From contig OY729427.2 of the NCBI GenBank assembly GCA_963422375.2, positions 1,280,001 through 1,344,000 of the forward strand: a stretch of DNA of 64,000 bases, in the 5' to 3' direction. The DNA is from Bryobacterales bacterium (GTDB lineage Bacteria > Acidobacteriota > Terriglobia > Bryobacterales > UBA6623). A program made the translations under genes and the position numbers. Below, in pieces: positions 29,230 through 38,032 of the stretch; the stretch's first letter is position 1; each line of letters starts with the position of its first letter. Under the pieces are notes generated by a model, which worked only from the letters and a program-made list of their open reading frames with translations, was not told where the DNA came from and did not search any database.

Positions 29230-29971
29230 GGCGCCTGATTCCATCCAACGGTCGTCGAACTCCGTGCTGCAGTGACCGCCCCTCCCCGGCGCGGGATCCT
29301 ATCCGGCCGCCGTTCCCGGTGAGTCCCTCTCGAACCGGCGCAGCCTTGGATCGAGCGTGTGCCGTGCCCCCGTGATGTGGACGCCCGCGAGGACTGAGAG
29401 CTGCGCCCGTCCGACCAGCGAGGGATGCTGGCCGGGCCGGAGATTGCCGCAGGCTTAGTAGGAATTAGGATTCTTCTCGATCAAGGCTTCCGCCACCGTC
29501 AGCCGTCGGAGTAACGCCTCCCGCATCGGCTTCTCTGCCACTCGTGCCAAGTGACAGCCGGTCCGCAGCTCTGCGAGCCGACGCTTCCTTGCGACCGAAT
29601 CTCGGACCCACTGCATCGCCCGGGATGCGAGGACGATTCAGTCTCGCCAGTGCGCAGGTGCAGATTGCGCGCCCAGCTAGTGACGCTGCTCTCGACGGGG
29701 ACCGGCGTTCCGACGACGAAGGCAATGAGGTTGGGATGCTCGACCAGCGAATTGGACGCTAGAGCCTCGATCTGCTCTTCTCGAAAGGCGACCTGCATGC
29801 TTGGCTCTTCACCGGCATACGGTTCCGATGTCAGCCCGTGCAGCGACCTCATGGCGCTCTCCGAGGCAGCTGTCGAGCCGGCAATCTCGTTCTGGAGCCA
29901 TGAGAGATCTGCAAGCGGGTGGATGTCCGAGCTGTGGCGATGCCGCCGCCGAGCAGTAAAGAAGGCTCGCC

Positions 29972-31192
29972 TCAGTCCCTGCGAAGGGCCTCCGCCGGGG
30001 CCAGGCTCGCGGCACGCTCCGCCGGCACGAGGCCGGACGCCACGCCAGTGCCGACAGCCGCCACGGTCGCGAGAACGACCCATTCGCCTGGAATGGTCAC
30101 AGGTAGATCCGGCACGGCCCATGCCGTCAGCCAAGGCAGCGCCGTGCCGAGCGCCAGGCCGCAGGCCCCGCCGAGCGCCGCGAGCGCGGTCGATTCCGCC
30201 AGGAATTGCAGGCGGATGTCGCGCCGCGTCGCTCCGACCGCCTTCCTCGTGCCGATTTCGGCGGTCCGCTCCGATACCGCGACCAGCATGATGTTGGCTA
30301 TGAAAACGCCGCTGGCCGCGAGCGTGGTGGAGGCGACAAGGACCATTGCCAGGCTGAGAGCGCCGAGAACCCGCCGGGCGGTAGCGAGCACGCCGGCCAG
30401 CGTGTCCACCCTGTACGAGGATCCGGGGCGATGGCGCGATTCCAGGGTAGCCCTCACAAGGCGCGCGGTCTCCTCGACAAGTGCCTGCGACCGCACGGAA
30501 ACGTACAGCGGATCCACTCGCTCGAAGGGCTGGAAGTAGCGCGAGACCGTATACGGCACCAGCACCGAGTTGTCAGACACCTCCGACTGGCCGAACGTCT
30601 CCACCCGCTCGGAGAACACACCGACCACCAGAAACTCCAAGCCGTGCGCCTTGAGGCTGCGGCCGACAGCCCTGGCGGCCGAGCCGAACAGCTTCGCCGC
30701 CAGCTGCGGCGTGACCAAGCAGACCTTCGCCCGCGACGCGACGTCGCTGCGCTCGAGGAACCGCCCGGCGTGGATTCGCAGCTTGCGCGCGCCGCGGTAC
30801 TCCTCCGTCGATCCGAGGATGCGGATCTGCAAGGGCGCTCCGTCGACCGTGATCGAGTCCCACGACGACGTCACTCCGGCCACCGCGCTGGCGAGCGGAC
30901 CGAGGCGCTCGCGAACCGCATCGACGTCAGCCAAGTCGATGAAATCGGACTCGCCGGGCGAGACGTTGCCCCCCGCCTCGTAGTAGGCGTAGACAAGATT
31001 GGACCCGATCCCCTCGATCTGGGCGAGGACGTAGCCGCTGCCGGTAGCGGCTACGCTCGACACCAGAACGACCGCGGCGACCGCGGCGGCCATGCTCGCT
31101 GCGGTCAGCGCCGACCGCAGCCGACGTGCCCGGAGCGCCTCGAGCGCGACGCCGACTGCGTCGGCAACCGTCGCTCCGTGCCGACTCCTCAC
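29972..31192 (-). CDS. MacB/FtsX-like ABC transporter permease
   Basis: RLRSALT, periplasmic domain, IANIMLVAVSERTAEIGTRKAVGA, QFLAES, PAERAASLAPAEALR. Confidence 0.93.
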   Translation of the reverse strand: MRSRHGATVADAVGVALEALRARRLRSALTAASMAAAVAAVVLVSSVAATGSGYVLAQIEGIGSNLVYAYYEAGGNVSPGESDFIDLADVDAVRERLGPLASAVAGVTSSWDSITVDGAPLQIRILGSTEEYRGARKLRIHAGRFLERSDVASRAKVCLVTPQLAAKLFGSAARAVGRSLKAHGLEFLVVGVFSERVETFGQSEVSDNSVLVPYTVSRYFQPFERVDPLYVSVRSQALVEETARLVRATLESRHRPGSSYRVDTLAGVLATARRVLGALSLAMVLVASTTLAASGVFIANIMLVAVSERTAEIGTRKAVGATRRDIRLQFLAESTALAALGGACGLALGTALPWLTAWAVPDLPVTIPGEWVVLATVAAVGTGVASGLVPAERAASLAPAEALRRD

Positions 31193-31974
31193 AGCCGGTC
31201 GAGCAGCTTGCGGACCGCTGACGGCGGATCCGAATTCGGCTTGCGGTCCGGACTGGCCAAATAGCGCTCGAGGAGTTCCCTCGCCTGCGCGTACCTCGAC
31301 CGGCGCTTCTCTCCGGCCCACGCCCTGCCCGCCGCCAGCCACGCGTCCGGATTGCCGGGATCCCGCTCGAGGGCGCCGTCGAACAGCTTGTCGCTTTCGG
31401 CATGCCGCCCGCGTCGCGCCAGGAAGCCCGCATGGCCGAGCAGGTAGCCGATGTCTTCGGGGGCGAGCTCTCGCGCCCGCGCGAACCTCTCCCCCGCTAG
31501 GGCCAAGTCCCCTTCGGCCTCGAAGTACAGCGCCCACGCCGCCGCGCCGCGCGCCGGGTCGATCGCCTCGATGCGGCCCGCGATCACCGCAGCCTCGTCC
31601 CGGTCACCGCCGACCACGCCGGGCGCCTCCAAGTGGAATCCCTGCAGCGCCTCCAGCGCGTCAAGGTTGGATCCGTCCAAGTCGACCGCCCGCTCGAAGT
31701 GCCGTCGAACTCTCCTCGCCAGCGGCAGCGCCGCCAAGCGACGCAGGCCGCTCATGCGCTCGGCACGCCGCCCGATCGCCAGGCCCAGCCAGAATTCGTA
31801 GGTCGAGCGGTCGGAGTCGCGGACCAAGGCCTGCTCGAACGCCTCCTGCGCCGCGCGGTATTCCTCGGCCTCGTACAGCCGCACGCCCCGCTCCCAGTCC
31901 GCGGCTCCGGGCCGGTCGGCGGCCGCCGCCGGCGCGCACGCCAGCGCGAGCACCGCGACGATCCTAACCCCCAT
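31189..31974 (-). CDS. Secreted TPR protein
   Basis: Signal peptide; TPR helices (FERAVDLD, FARARELAP, ALERDP); APGVVGGD. Confidence 0.85.
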   Translation of the reverse strand: MGVRIVAVLALACAPAAAADRPGAADWERGVRLYEAEEYRAAQEAFEQALVRDSDRSTYEFWLGLAIGRRAERMSGLRRLAALPLARRVRRHFERAVDLDGSNLDALEALQGFHLEAPGVVGGDRDEAAVIAGRIEAIDPARGAAAWALYFEAEGDLALAGERFARARELAPEDIGYLLGHAGFLARRGRHAESDKLFDGALERDPGNPDAWLAAGRAWAGEKRRSRYAQARELLERYLASPDRKPNSDPPSAVRKLLDRL

Positions 31975-33181
31975 GCCCGGCTCCCGGCAGCATGGCTCTG
32001 ACCCTGCGCCCCTCCCGCAGCGGTTCGTCCCGCGGGACCAGGACGGTCTCCGTAGAGTCCAGCCCCGAGCGCACCTCGATATAAGCGGGGCCTTCCACGC
32101 CCGTCACGATCTCGCGGCGCGAAGCCGCCCCGTCACGGACCGTCCAGACATAGGCTTGGCCACCGCTGCGCCCGACCGCGTGCCGCGGCACGCTGAGCGC
32201 CTCGGGCGCCCTGTCGGTGACGATGCGCACGCCGACGGCGAGGTTGGGCAGCAGGAGGCCGTCCGGGTTAGCCAAGCCGCATTCGAGCTCCCCTACCCTC
32301 CGAGCGCCCGTCGCGACGATCTCGGTCGCCAGCCGGTCAACCTCGCAGCCCCATTCCCTTCCCGGGTAGGCGTCCGCCGCCAGGATCGCGCGAGACCCCT
32401 TCGCGACGCGCCCGAGATCGGGCTCGTCAACGAAGATCCGGACGCGCACGGCGTCCAGCGTCCCGATCCGCGCGGCTAGGCCCCCTGCCTGCAGGTAGTC
32501 CCCCTCGGACACCGCCAGCGAGTACGCTACCCCGGCCACGGGAGACCGGACGCGCAGTGCGTCGCAGGACGCCTCGGCCTGAGCCAGCTCCGACTCGGCC
32601 CTCGCCACCTCGGCTGCGAGCTCCTCGCGCCGCTCCTTCGCGAGCGTCGGCGCGAGTTGCCTGTCGAGAGACTCGATCTCCAGCGCATCATCCTCAAGGG
32701 CCCGCTCCTGCGCCTCCAGTTCGCCGCGCGGGGCGGCGTTCCGCGCCGCCAGCCGCTTCAGGCGCTCGAGGTCCGCCGACGCCCGTTCCATGGCTGCCGA
32801 CACCGTTGCGCGCCGGGCTAGGAGCTCCGTCCGGCGCGAGGGGCTCGGGCCCGCCTCCAGTACCGCCAGCCGGGCCTTGGCGGCGTCAAGGCGGGCTTGC
32901 GCCTGTACCCGCGACTCCGCCTGGCCCGAGTCCGCCAGCCGCAGCAATTCCTGCCCGCGCGCGACCCGGTCGCCGCGACGGGCCAGCACGCTCTCCACGC
33001 GGCCCGCGAGCGCAGCTCGCGCGGCCGCGCCGCCGCTGGCTTCGATCCGGCCGTTCGTCGTCAGCGCCCTCTCGATATCCCGGAACGCCGGTCTCGCGCC
33101 CTCGACCTCGATCACGGGACCGAAGCAGGCCAGCGACTCCAAGGCTAGAGACGCCAGCGGCGCGAGCGCAGCCCTCGGCAT
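31964..33181 (-). CDS. Efflux periplasmic adaptor (HlyD/MacA-like)
   Basis: Lipoyl half-motifs GRVESV..RGDRV.RGQ.L and VRSPVAGV..L.VSEGD; coiled coil; VDEPDLGRV. Confidence 0.9.
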   Translation of the reverse strand: MPRAALAPLASLALESLACFGPVIEVEGARPAFRDIERALTTNGRIEASGGAAARAALAGRVESVLARRGDRVARGQELLRLADSGQAESRVQAQARLDAAKARLAVLEAGPSPSRRTELLARRATVSAAMERASADLERLKRLAARNAAPRGELEAQERALEDDALEIESLDRQLAPTLAKERREELAAEVARAESELAQAEASCDALRVRSPVAGVAYSLAVSEGDYLQAGGLAARIGTLDAVRVRIFVDEPDLGRVAKGSRAILAADAYPGREWGCEVDRLATEIVATGARRVGELECGLANPDGLLLPNLAVGVRIVTDRAPEALSVPRHAVGRSGGQAYVWTVRDGAASRREIVTGVEGPAYIEVRSGLDSTETVLVPRDEPLREGRRVRAMLPGAGHGG

Positions 33182-33190
33182 GCGGCTCCG

Positions 33191-33994
33191 CTAGCGGGTC
33201 CCCGGCGACGCGACAGGCCTGTGCGAGAAGTCCCACGCCCGCAGGTCCGACTCGCCGGGCGTGTACTCGACGAGCGCGTACTCGCCGGCTTCCAAGGGAT
33301 CCACCGGCCACACCTTGTAGACCAGCGGCGCCAGCTGCTGCCGGAAAACGTCGACCTCCTCCTGGGCCTCGGCCTGCTCCTCGGACTTCGGCACGGTGTA
33401 GATCTGCTGCACGATCCGGCGCTTCCTCTTCGGTTCCGGCTTGATCCGCGAGATGCCGAACCGCGAGAAGCGGTTCAGGCGCATGTAGAAGGCCGGCCGG
33501 TCGTCGGCGGTCACCAGCTTCGACTCCGTGCCCGTGATCGAAAGAGTCCGCTTCCCGGCCATCACCGGCATCGGCGCGAGGACGTTCAGCACGGTGCGCC
33601 CCTTGCTCTTGCCGAGATGCAAGGTGGCCTGCTCGAGGGGCACGAACTCCTCGCCCCGGATGTAGTAGACCCCGTCGTCCAGCGGGACGGTATGCAGCTC
33701 GGTGCGGGCGCGACGCTCCGCGATCCGCTCGCGACGCTCCTCGGCGGCGCGGGCCTCCGCGACGGCACGCTCGCGGGCGTTGTAGGCGTCGGTCCGGTCC
33801 CAGTCGACGATCTCGGCAGGCACAAGCTCCCACTGCCCGCGCTCGAGACTGTAGTAGCGGACGCGGTCGCCTTCCGCAGCGTACTCGCGCACCCCGATGC
33901 GCGTGCCGTCCGTCAGGAACAGCGCCGCTCGCTGGGCGGGCAGCAGCCCGGCGGCGAGCAGGACCGGAACGGCGAGTCGGGCGAGGATGCGCAC
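33191..33994 (-). CDS. Secreted hypothetical protein
   Basis: Signal peptide; LFLTDG..VREY..EGDRVRYYS.ER.QWE; TAGAAT -10-like box at 34021-34026. Confidence 0.75.
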   Translation of the reverse strand: MRILARLAVPVLLAAGLLPAQRAALFLTDGTRIGVREYAAEGDRVRYYSLERGQWELVPAEIVDWDRTDAYNARERAVAEARAAEERRERIAERRARTELHTVPLDDGVYYIRGEEFVPLEQATLHLGKSKGRTVLNVLAPMPVMAGKRTLSITGTESKLVTADDRPAFYMRLNRFSRFGISRIKPEPKRKRRIVQQIYTVPKSEEQAEAQEEVDVFRQQLAPLVYKVWPVDPLEAGEYALVEYTPGESDLRAWDFSHRPVASPGTR

Positions 33995-34043
33995 GGCTTC
34001 GGAGGGCAGCCCTCCCCCGCATTCTAGCGCCGGCACCCCGCGT

Positions 34044-36389
34044 TCAGAACCGCACCCGCAGCTGCACGGTGGCCTGGCGGCCCGGCGCCAGCGCCGTGCC
34101 GGAGAACAGCCCGCTGAAATTGATGACGTTCAGGCGGTCTGTCGCGTTGCGCAGGTCGAACTGCAAGGTCACCGACCGACCGCCACTAACCCAGACGCGC
34201 GAGCCGACCGACAAGTCGAGACTCAGATTCGGGCGCACGCGCCCGCGCTCGTAGTCAAACTCGCGCAAGACCTCCGGCGGAATGACCTGCCCGTCCGAGC
34301 CGCCCTCGCCGTCATCGTCTTCGTCCTCGAGCTCAACCGGCAGGCCGCTGCCGTAGCGAACGCCGAAGGACGCCCAAGCCCGCCGGTGAATCCGGAAGCG
34401 CGCGGTCAGCGCGACGGTGTTGCGCTGGTCCTGGCTGATTGGGAACTCCTCCACCGCGTCGCGTAGCTCCTCGGCCTCGCCGCCCTCGACGAACAGGCCG
34501 CCCGTCACCGGCGACCTGGCCCGCCCCAACATGTTCGAGTAGCTCGCGACCGCCGAGACCCTCTTCCACGACGGCAGCTCGAGCCGCGCCTCCGTGCCCT
34601 CGACCTCCGCCGAGTCGAAGGTGATCGGGAAGGACAGCCCGGTATTGAAGAACACGTCGTCGTCGATCGCGTTGCGGAATCTGCGCCAGTAGTGGTTCAG
34701 CTCGAGGCGCATCGCCGAGCCGAACGGCTTGCGAGCGCCGATCTCGACGAAGTGCGCCCGGCTCGCCGGGACCGGCAACGCGCCCTCGATGTCATCCAGC
34801 CCCAGTCCGGCGCCAGCGCTGCTCAGCAGCAGGTTCTCGCTCGGGGGAGGCTGGAAGACGCGGTCGTACGAGGCGTACACCTGTAGCGCCGCGCCGGGAA
34901 TGGAGTAGCTCGCGGCGAGACGGGGGCTCAGGGCCTGGTCCGAGATCAGCAGCCGGTAGTGATCGAAACGCAGGCCCAGGCTCGCGGCGAAGTTCCCCGC
35001 GCGGAACAGGTCCTGCAGGAAGAAGCTCGACTCCGAGCTTCTGCGCCCGGCCCGGAAGTCGAGCCGGAATTCGGGAAGCTCTTCCGGAGCCGCCATCAGG
35101 AAGCGTTCCCGCACCGCGGCGCTGCGGAGGTCCCCGCCGACTTTCACCGTATGGCGCTCTCTCTCGAGAGTGAGATCGACGAGCAGGGCCGTCTCTTGCA
35201 AGCCGCGGTCCTGGAGGACGTAGACCGGCGCGGACAGCCTGTTGCTCCACAGCTCGCTCGTCAGATCCCGCACCATGCCGCGCACCGAGAGCAGTGCCCG
35301 CGGTGACAGCGTCGCCTGGTAATGGGCCTGCCCCGCCGATTCCGCCGCTCGGCGGTCCTGGCGCTGGCCGGCGGCCTGCTGGACCAGGTCGTTGGGCACG
35401 AGAAACGACGTGCGGCTCGAGCGGGCGTAGAGGGTTAGCCTGTGCGCGGCTCGCAGGTCGCGGGCGAAGCGCAGGCTAGCTCCGCCGGAGCTGGCCGCGT
35501 TGGTGAAATTGTCGCGCGAGGGCGGATCTAGGTACCTGTCCGTCAGGCCGCCCTGGACGCCGAGAGTCAGCTCGGTGCGGTTCCGCGCGTGCTGCTGCGA
35601 GAACGCCCCCGTCCCCGTGCCGTAGCTGCCGCGCTGGAAATGCAGCTGGGAGCGATGCCCGGCCGCCGGCGCGCGCCGCGTGTCGAGCGCGATGACCCCG
35701 CCCAGCCGCCGCCCGTATTCCGCCGGCAGGCCCGCGGTCAGCACCGTGACAGCCTCGAACTCGCCGCTTTCGAGAGCCGGCGCGAACGCCAGCGACCGGT
35801 TGTCGTAGAGCGGCATCCCGTCGATCACGTACTGCGTGTCGTACTCGGAGCCCCGTGGGTGGAGCACGGCATTGGCCTCGAGCAGCCAGCCCGGCGTGGT
35901 GGTCACCGCGTCGACGGCGCTGCGGCCGAGGGCGGTTCCCAGCGCCTGCCGGAGGGCGTCCCGCCCGAGCCGCACGGCCCGCAGCGGCTGCGACGGCTCG
36001 AACAGCGGCGGGGCCGACCGCACCGTGACTTGCTCGCGGACGGTCGCCAGCCCCAGCACGACCCGCACCGCCTGCGGAACGGCGGACCTGACCTCGACCT
36101 GTCGTACCGCGGCGTCGAATCCGGGGTGCCTCGCGGTCAGCAGGTAGGTGCCCGGAGGCACTCGCCGCAGCACGGCGCTGCCTGCCTGGTCGGCGCGGGC
36201 CGTGCCCACGAAGCCCCGAGCCCGCGACGCGAGCTCTACAGCGGCGGGCACTCCCCGGCCGCTCGCGTCGGCGACTATCACGTCCACGCGCCCGTCCATC
36301 ACCTGAGCGAGGCCGGAAGGGACGAGAAGGGCGAGGGCCGCCAGCCCTCCGAGGGCGAGGGCGGATCGGGACGAGGACCGGCGAGGCAT
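34044..36389 (-). CDS. TonB-dependent receptor with N-terminal carboxypeptidase-regulatory-like domain
   Basis: Signal peptide; PGTY.L.A.HPGF; plug LHPRG..YVIDGMP, AEYG; GLRFD; C-terminal PGR...VRF. Confidence 0.9.
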   Translation of the reverse strand: MPRRSSSRSALALGGLAALALLVPSGLAQVMDGRVDVIVADASGRGVPAAVELASRARGFVGTARADQAGSAVLRRVPPGTYLLTARHPGFDAAVRQVEVRSAVPQAVRVVLGLATVREQVTVRSAPPLFEPSQPLRAVRLGRDALRQALGTALGRSAVDAVTTTPGWLLEANAVLHPRGSEYDTQYVIDGMPLYDNRSLAFAPALESGEFEAVTVLTAGLPAEYGRRLGGVIALDTRRAPAAGHRSQLHFQRGSYGTGTGAFSQQHARNRTELTLGVQGGLTDRYLDPPSRDNFTNAASSGGASLRFARDLRAAHRLTLYARSSRTSFLVPNDLVQQAAGQRQDRRAAESAGQAHYQATLSPRALLSVRGMVRDLTSELWSNRLSAPVYVLQDRGLQETALLVDLTLERERHTVKVGGDLRSAAVRERFLMAAPEELPEFRLDFRAGRRSSESSFFLQDLFRAGNFAASLGLRFDHYRLLISDQALSPRLAASYSIPGAALQVYASYDRVFQPPPSENLLLSSAGAGLGLDDIEGALPVPASRAHFVEIGARKPFGSAMRLELNHYWRRFRNAIDDDVFFNTGLSFPITFDSAEVEGTEARLELPSWKRVSAVASYSNMLGRARSPVTGGLFVEGGEAEELRDAVEEFPISQDQRNTVALTARFRIHRRAWASFGVRYGSGLPVELEDEDDDGEGGSDGQVIPPEVLREFDYERGRVRPNLSLDLSVGSRVWVSGGRSVTLQFDLRNATDRLNVINFSGLFSGTALAPGRQATVQLRVRF

Positions 36390-36481
36390 GGGCTACACTC
36401 GTTCATTCCGTTCCGGGGCGATCCGTTCAGTATTTTCTTCCGGCGGGCGAGAATTACCGGGGCGCTCAGGGACCGCGACGC

Positions 36482-37084
36482 ATGCAGGCCAGGGGAGCGT
36501 GGACCGTTCCGGGCCGGGCCGGCGGCGCGGCGGTCGCCGGGCCGCTGGCCGCTGCAGCGGATCCCAAGGCCCCTGCCGTCGATGCCGGAGCGGTCCAGCG
36601 CGAGGTGACCGCGCTCTTCGACGCACACCGCCGACCGGTCCTGCGCTACCTCCTCTCAATCGGCCTTGCGATCGCCGACGCCGAGGACGTAGCCCAGGAG
36701 ACCTTCCTAGCCCTGTTCAACCACCTGCGGCGCGGGCGACCCCGCACGAATCTCCCCGGCTGGGTGTTTCGCACCGCCCACAACTTGGGACTCAAGAAGC
36801 GCCGCCTCGTCGGCCGCGCCCGGGCCGCTTCCGGACTCTTCGGCGATCCGCGCCAAGCGGCCGACACGAGTCTCGATCCGGAAGCGCGGCTGGCCGTGGC
36901 CCAGCGCTACGAGAGGATGTGCGCCGCCCTCCGGGCTCTCCCCGAACGCGACCGCTTCTGCCTCAGCCTTCGCGCGGAGGGGCTGCGCTACAGGGAAATC
37001 GCCAAGACGCTCGGCATCTCGCTCGGGAGCGTGTCGAACTCCATGCGCCGCGCGGCGGCGCGCCTGCAGGAGGCGGACCGCTGA
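36482..37084 (+). CDS. ECF sigma-70 factor
   Basis: DAEDVAQETFL, WVFRTAHN, LRALPERDR..L.LRAEGL.YREIA..LGISLGSV; start codon uncertain. Confidence 0.92.
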   Translation: MQARGAWTVPGRAGGAAVAGPLAAAADPKAPAVDAGAVQREVTALFDAHRRPVLRYLLSIGLAIADAEDVAQETFLALFNHLRRGRPRTNLPGWVFRTAHNLGLKKRRLVGRARAASGLFGDPRQAADTSLDPEARLAVAQRYERMCAALRALPERDRFCLSLRAEGLRYREIAKTLGISLGSVSNSMRRAAARLQEADR

Positions 37085-37093
37085 GTCCGGGCC

Positions 37094-37921
37094 ATGCTTC
37101 GGAAGCGACGCCACGTACGGGACGGCGACCTGCTGCTGCTCGCGAGCCGCGACCTGCCGGAGGCGCGCGCCCTTGCAGCGCACGAGCACCTGGCTCGCTG
37201 CGCGGCCTGCCGGACGCGTTTGACGCGGCTGGAATCGTTGATCACGACGTACTCGGAGGCCCGCCAGTCAGCCCTCGATCCGCTGCTGCCCCCGTCCGAA
37301 CCGGCGCGAGCGCACCTGCGGGACGCCGTGGCCGCCGCGAGTTCGGAGCGTCCCGGCCGGGTCCCCGGGTGGACCCTCCCCGTGGTGCTCGCATGCGCGG
37401 CGCTGGCCGTTTTCGCCGCCACCATCGCCATCGCACGGCACTCCCGTCCCGGCGGGCGGCCGCCCGTCGCGTCCGCGAACCGGCGGGACGTGCCCGACCC
37501 GAGCCTGACGCCGGGCCTCGCCGACTCGCGCACCCGGCAGGATCTGTGCCCTCCGGCTGCCGGCTCCGGCCCCGCCAGGGTCAGCCGACAGATGGCGCTC
37601 GCGGTCTTCCGGGCTCACGGAATCCCCGCTCCAAGGCCGCGAGCCTACGAGCTCGACCATCTCGTGCCGCCCGAGCTCGGGGGCGCGACCGCCCGGGAAA
37701 ACCTCTGGCCGCAGCCCTACAAGGGCCTCGTGTGGAACGCCGGCGCCAAGGACGCGCTCGAGGATCGGCTCCTCGACGCGATGTGCTCCGGGGAAGTCTC
37801 GCTCTCTGCAGCCCAGCGGGCGCTCGCAGCCGACTGGGTCGCCGCCTACAGGAAGTACTTCGGCGCGAACGAGCCGCTGGTGGAACATCTGGCCTTCCTC
37901 AAGGACGAGCCCTGGCAGTGA
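37094..37921 (+). CDS. Zinc anti-sigma factor (zf-HC2) with TM and C-terminal HNH-like domain
   Basis: HLARCAAC (HxxxCxxC), central TM, then PDPSLTPG...YELDHLVPPELGG...NLWPQPY...KDALE. Confidence 0.8.
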   Translation: MLRKRRHVRDGDLLLLASRDLPEARALAAHEHLARCAACRTRLTRLESLITTYSEARQSALDPLLPPSEPARAHLRDAVAAASSERPGRVPGWTLPVVLACAALAVFAATIAIARHSRPGGRPPVASANRRDVPDPSLTPGLADSRTRQDLCPPAAGSGPARVSRQMALAVFRAHGIPAPRPRAYELDHLVPPELGGATARENLWPQPYKGLVWNAGAKDALEDRLLDAMCSGEVSLSAAQRALAADWVAAYRKYFGANEPLVEHLAFLKDEPWQ

Positions 37922-38032
37922 CCGTGCGGCAGGCTCCCGCCCACGAATCCGGCCGGCCGTAACGCCCGCCGCCTCGAGGTCCCTGGGTTCCCTGTGGTAT
38001 CGTCAACGGGAATTGGATTAGGAGAGAAATCA

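Noticed and set aside
29465..29970. Possible toxin or pseudogene fragment
   Set aside because: No recognisable motif
36390..36480. ECF-type promoter (GAACG repeats) upstream of the TBDR
   Set aside because: Suggestive, but no -35/-10 pair could be assigned with confidence
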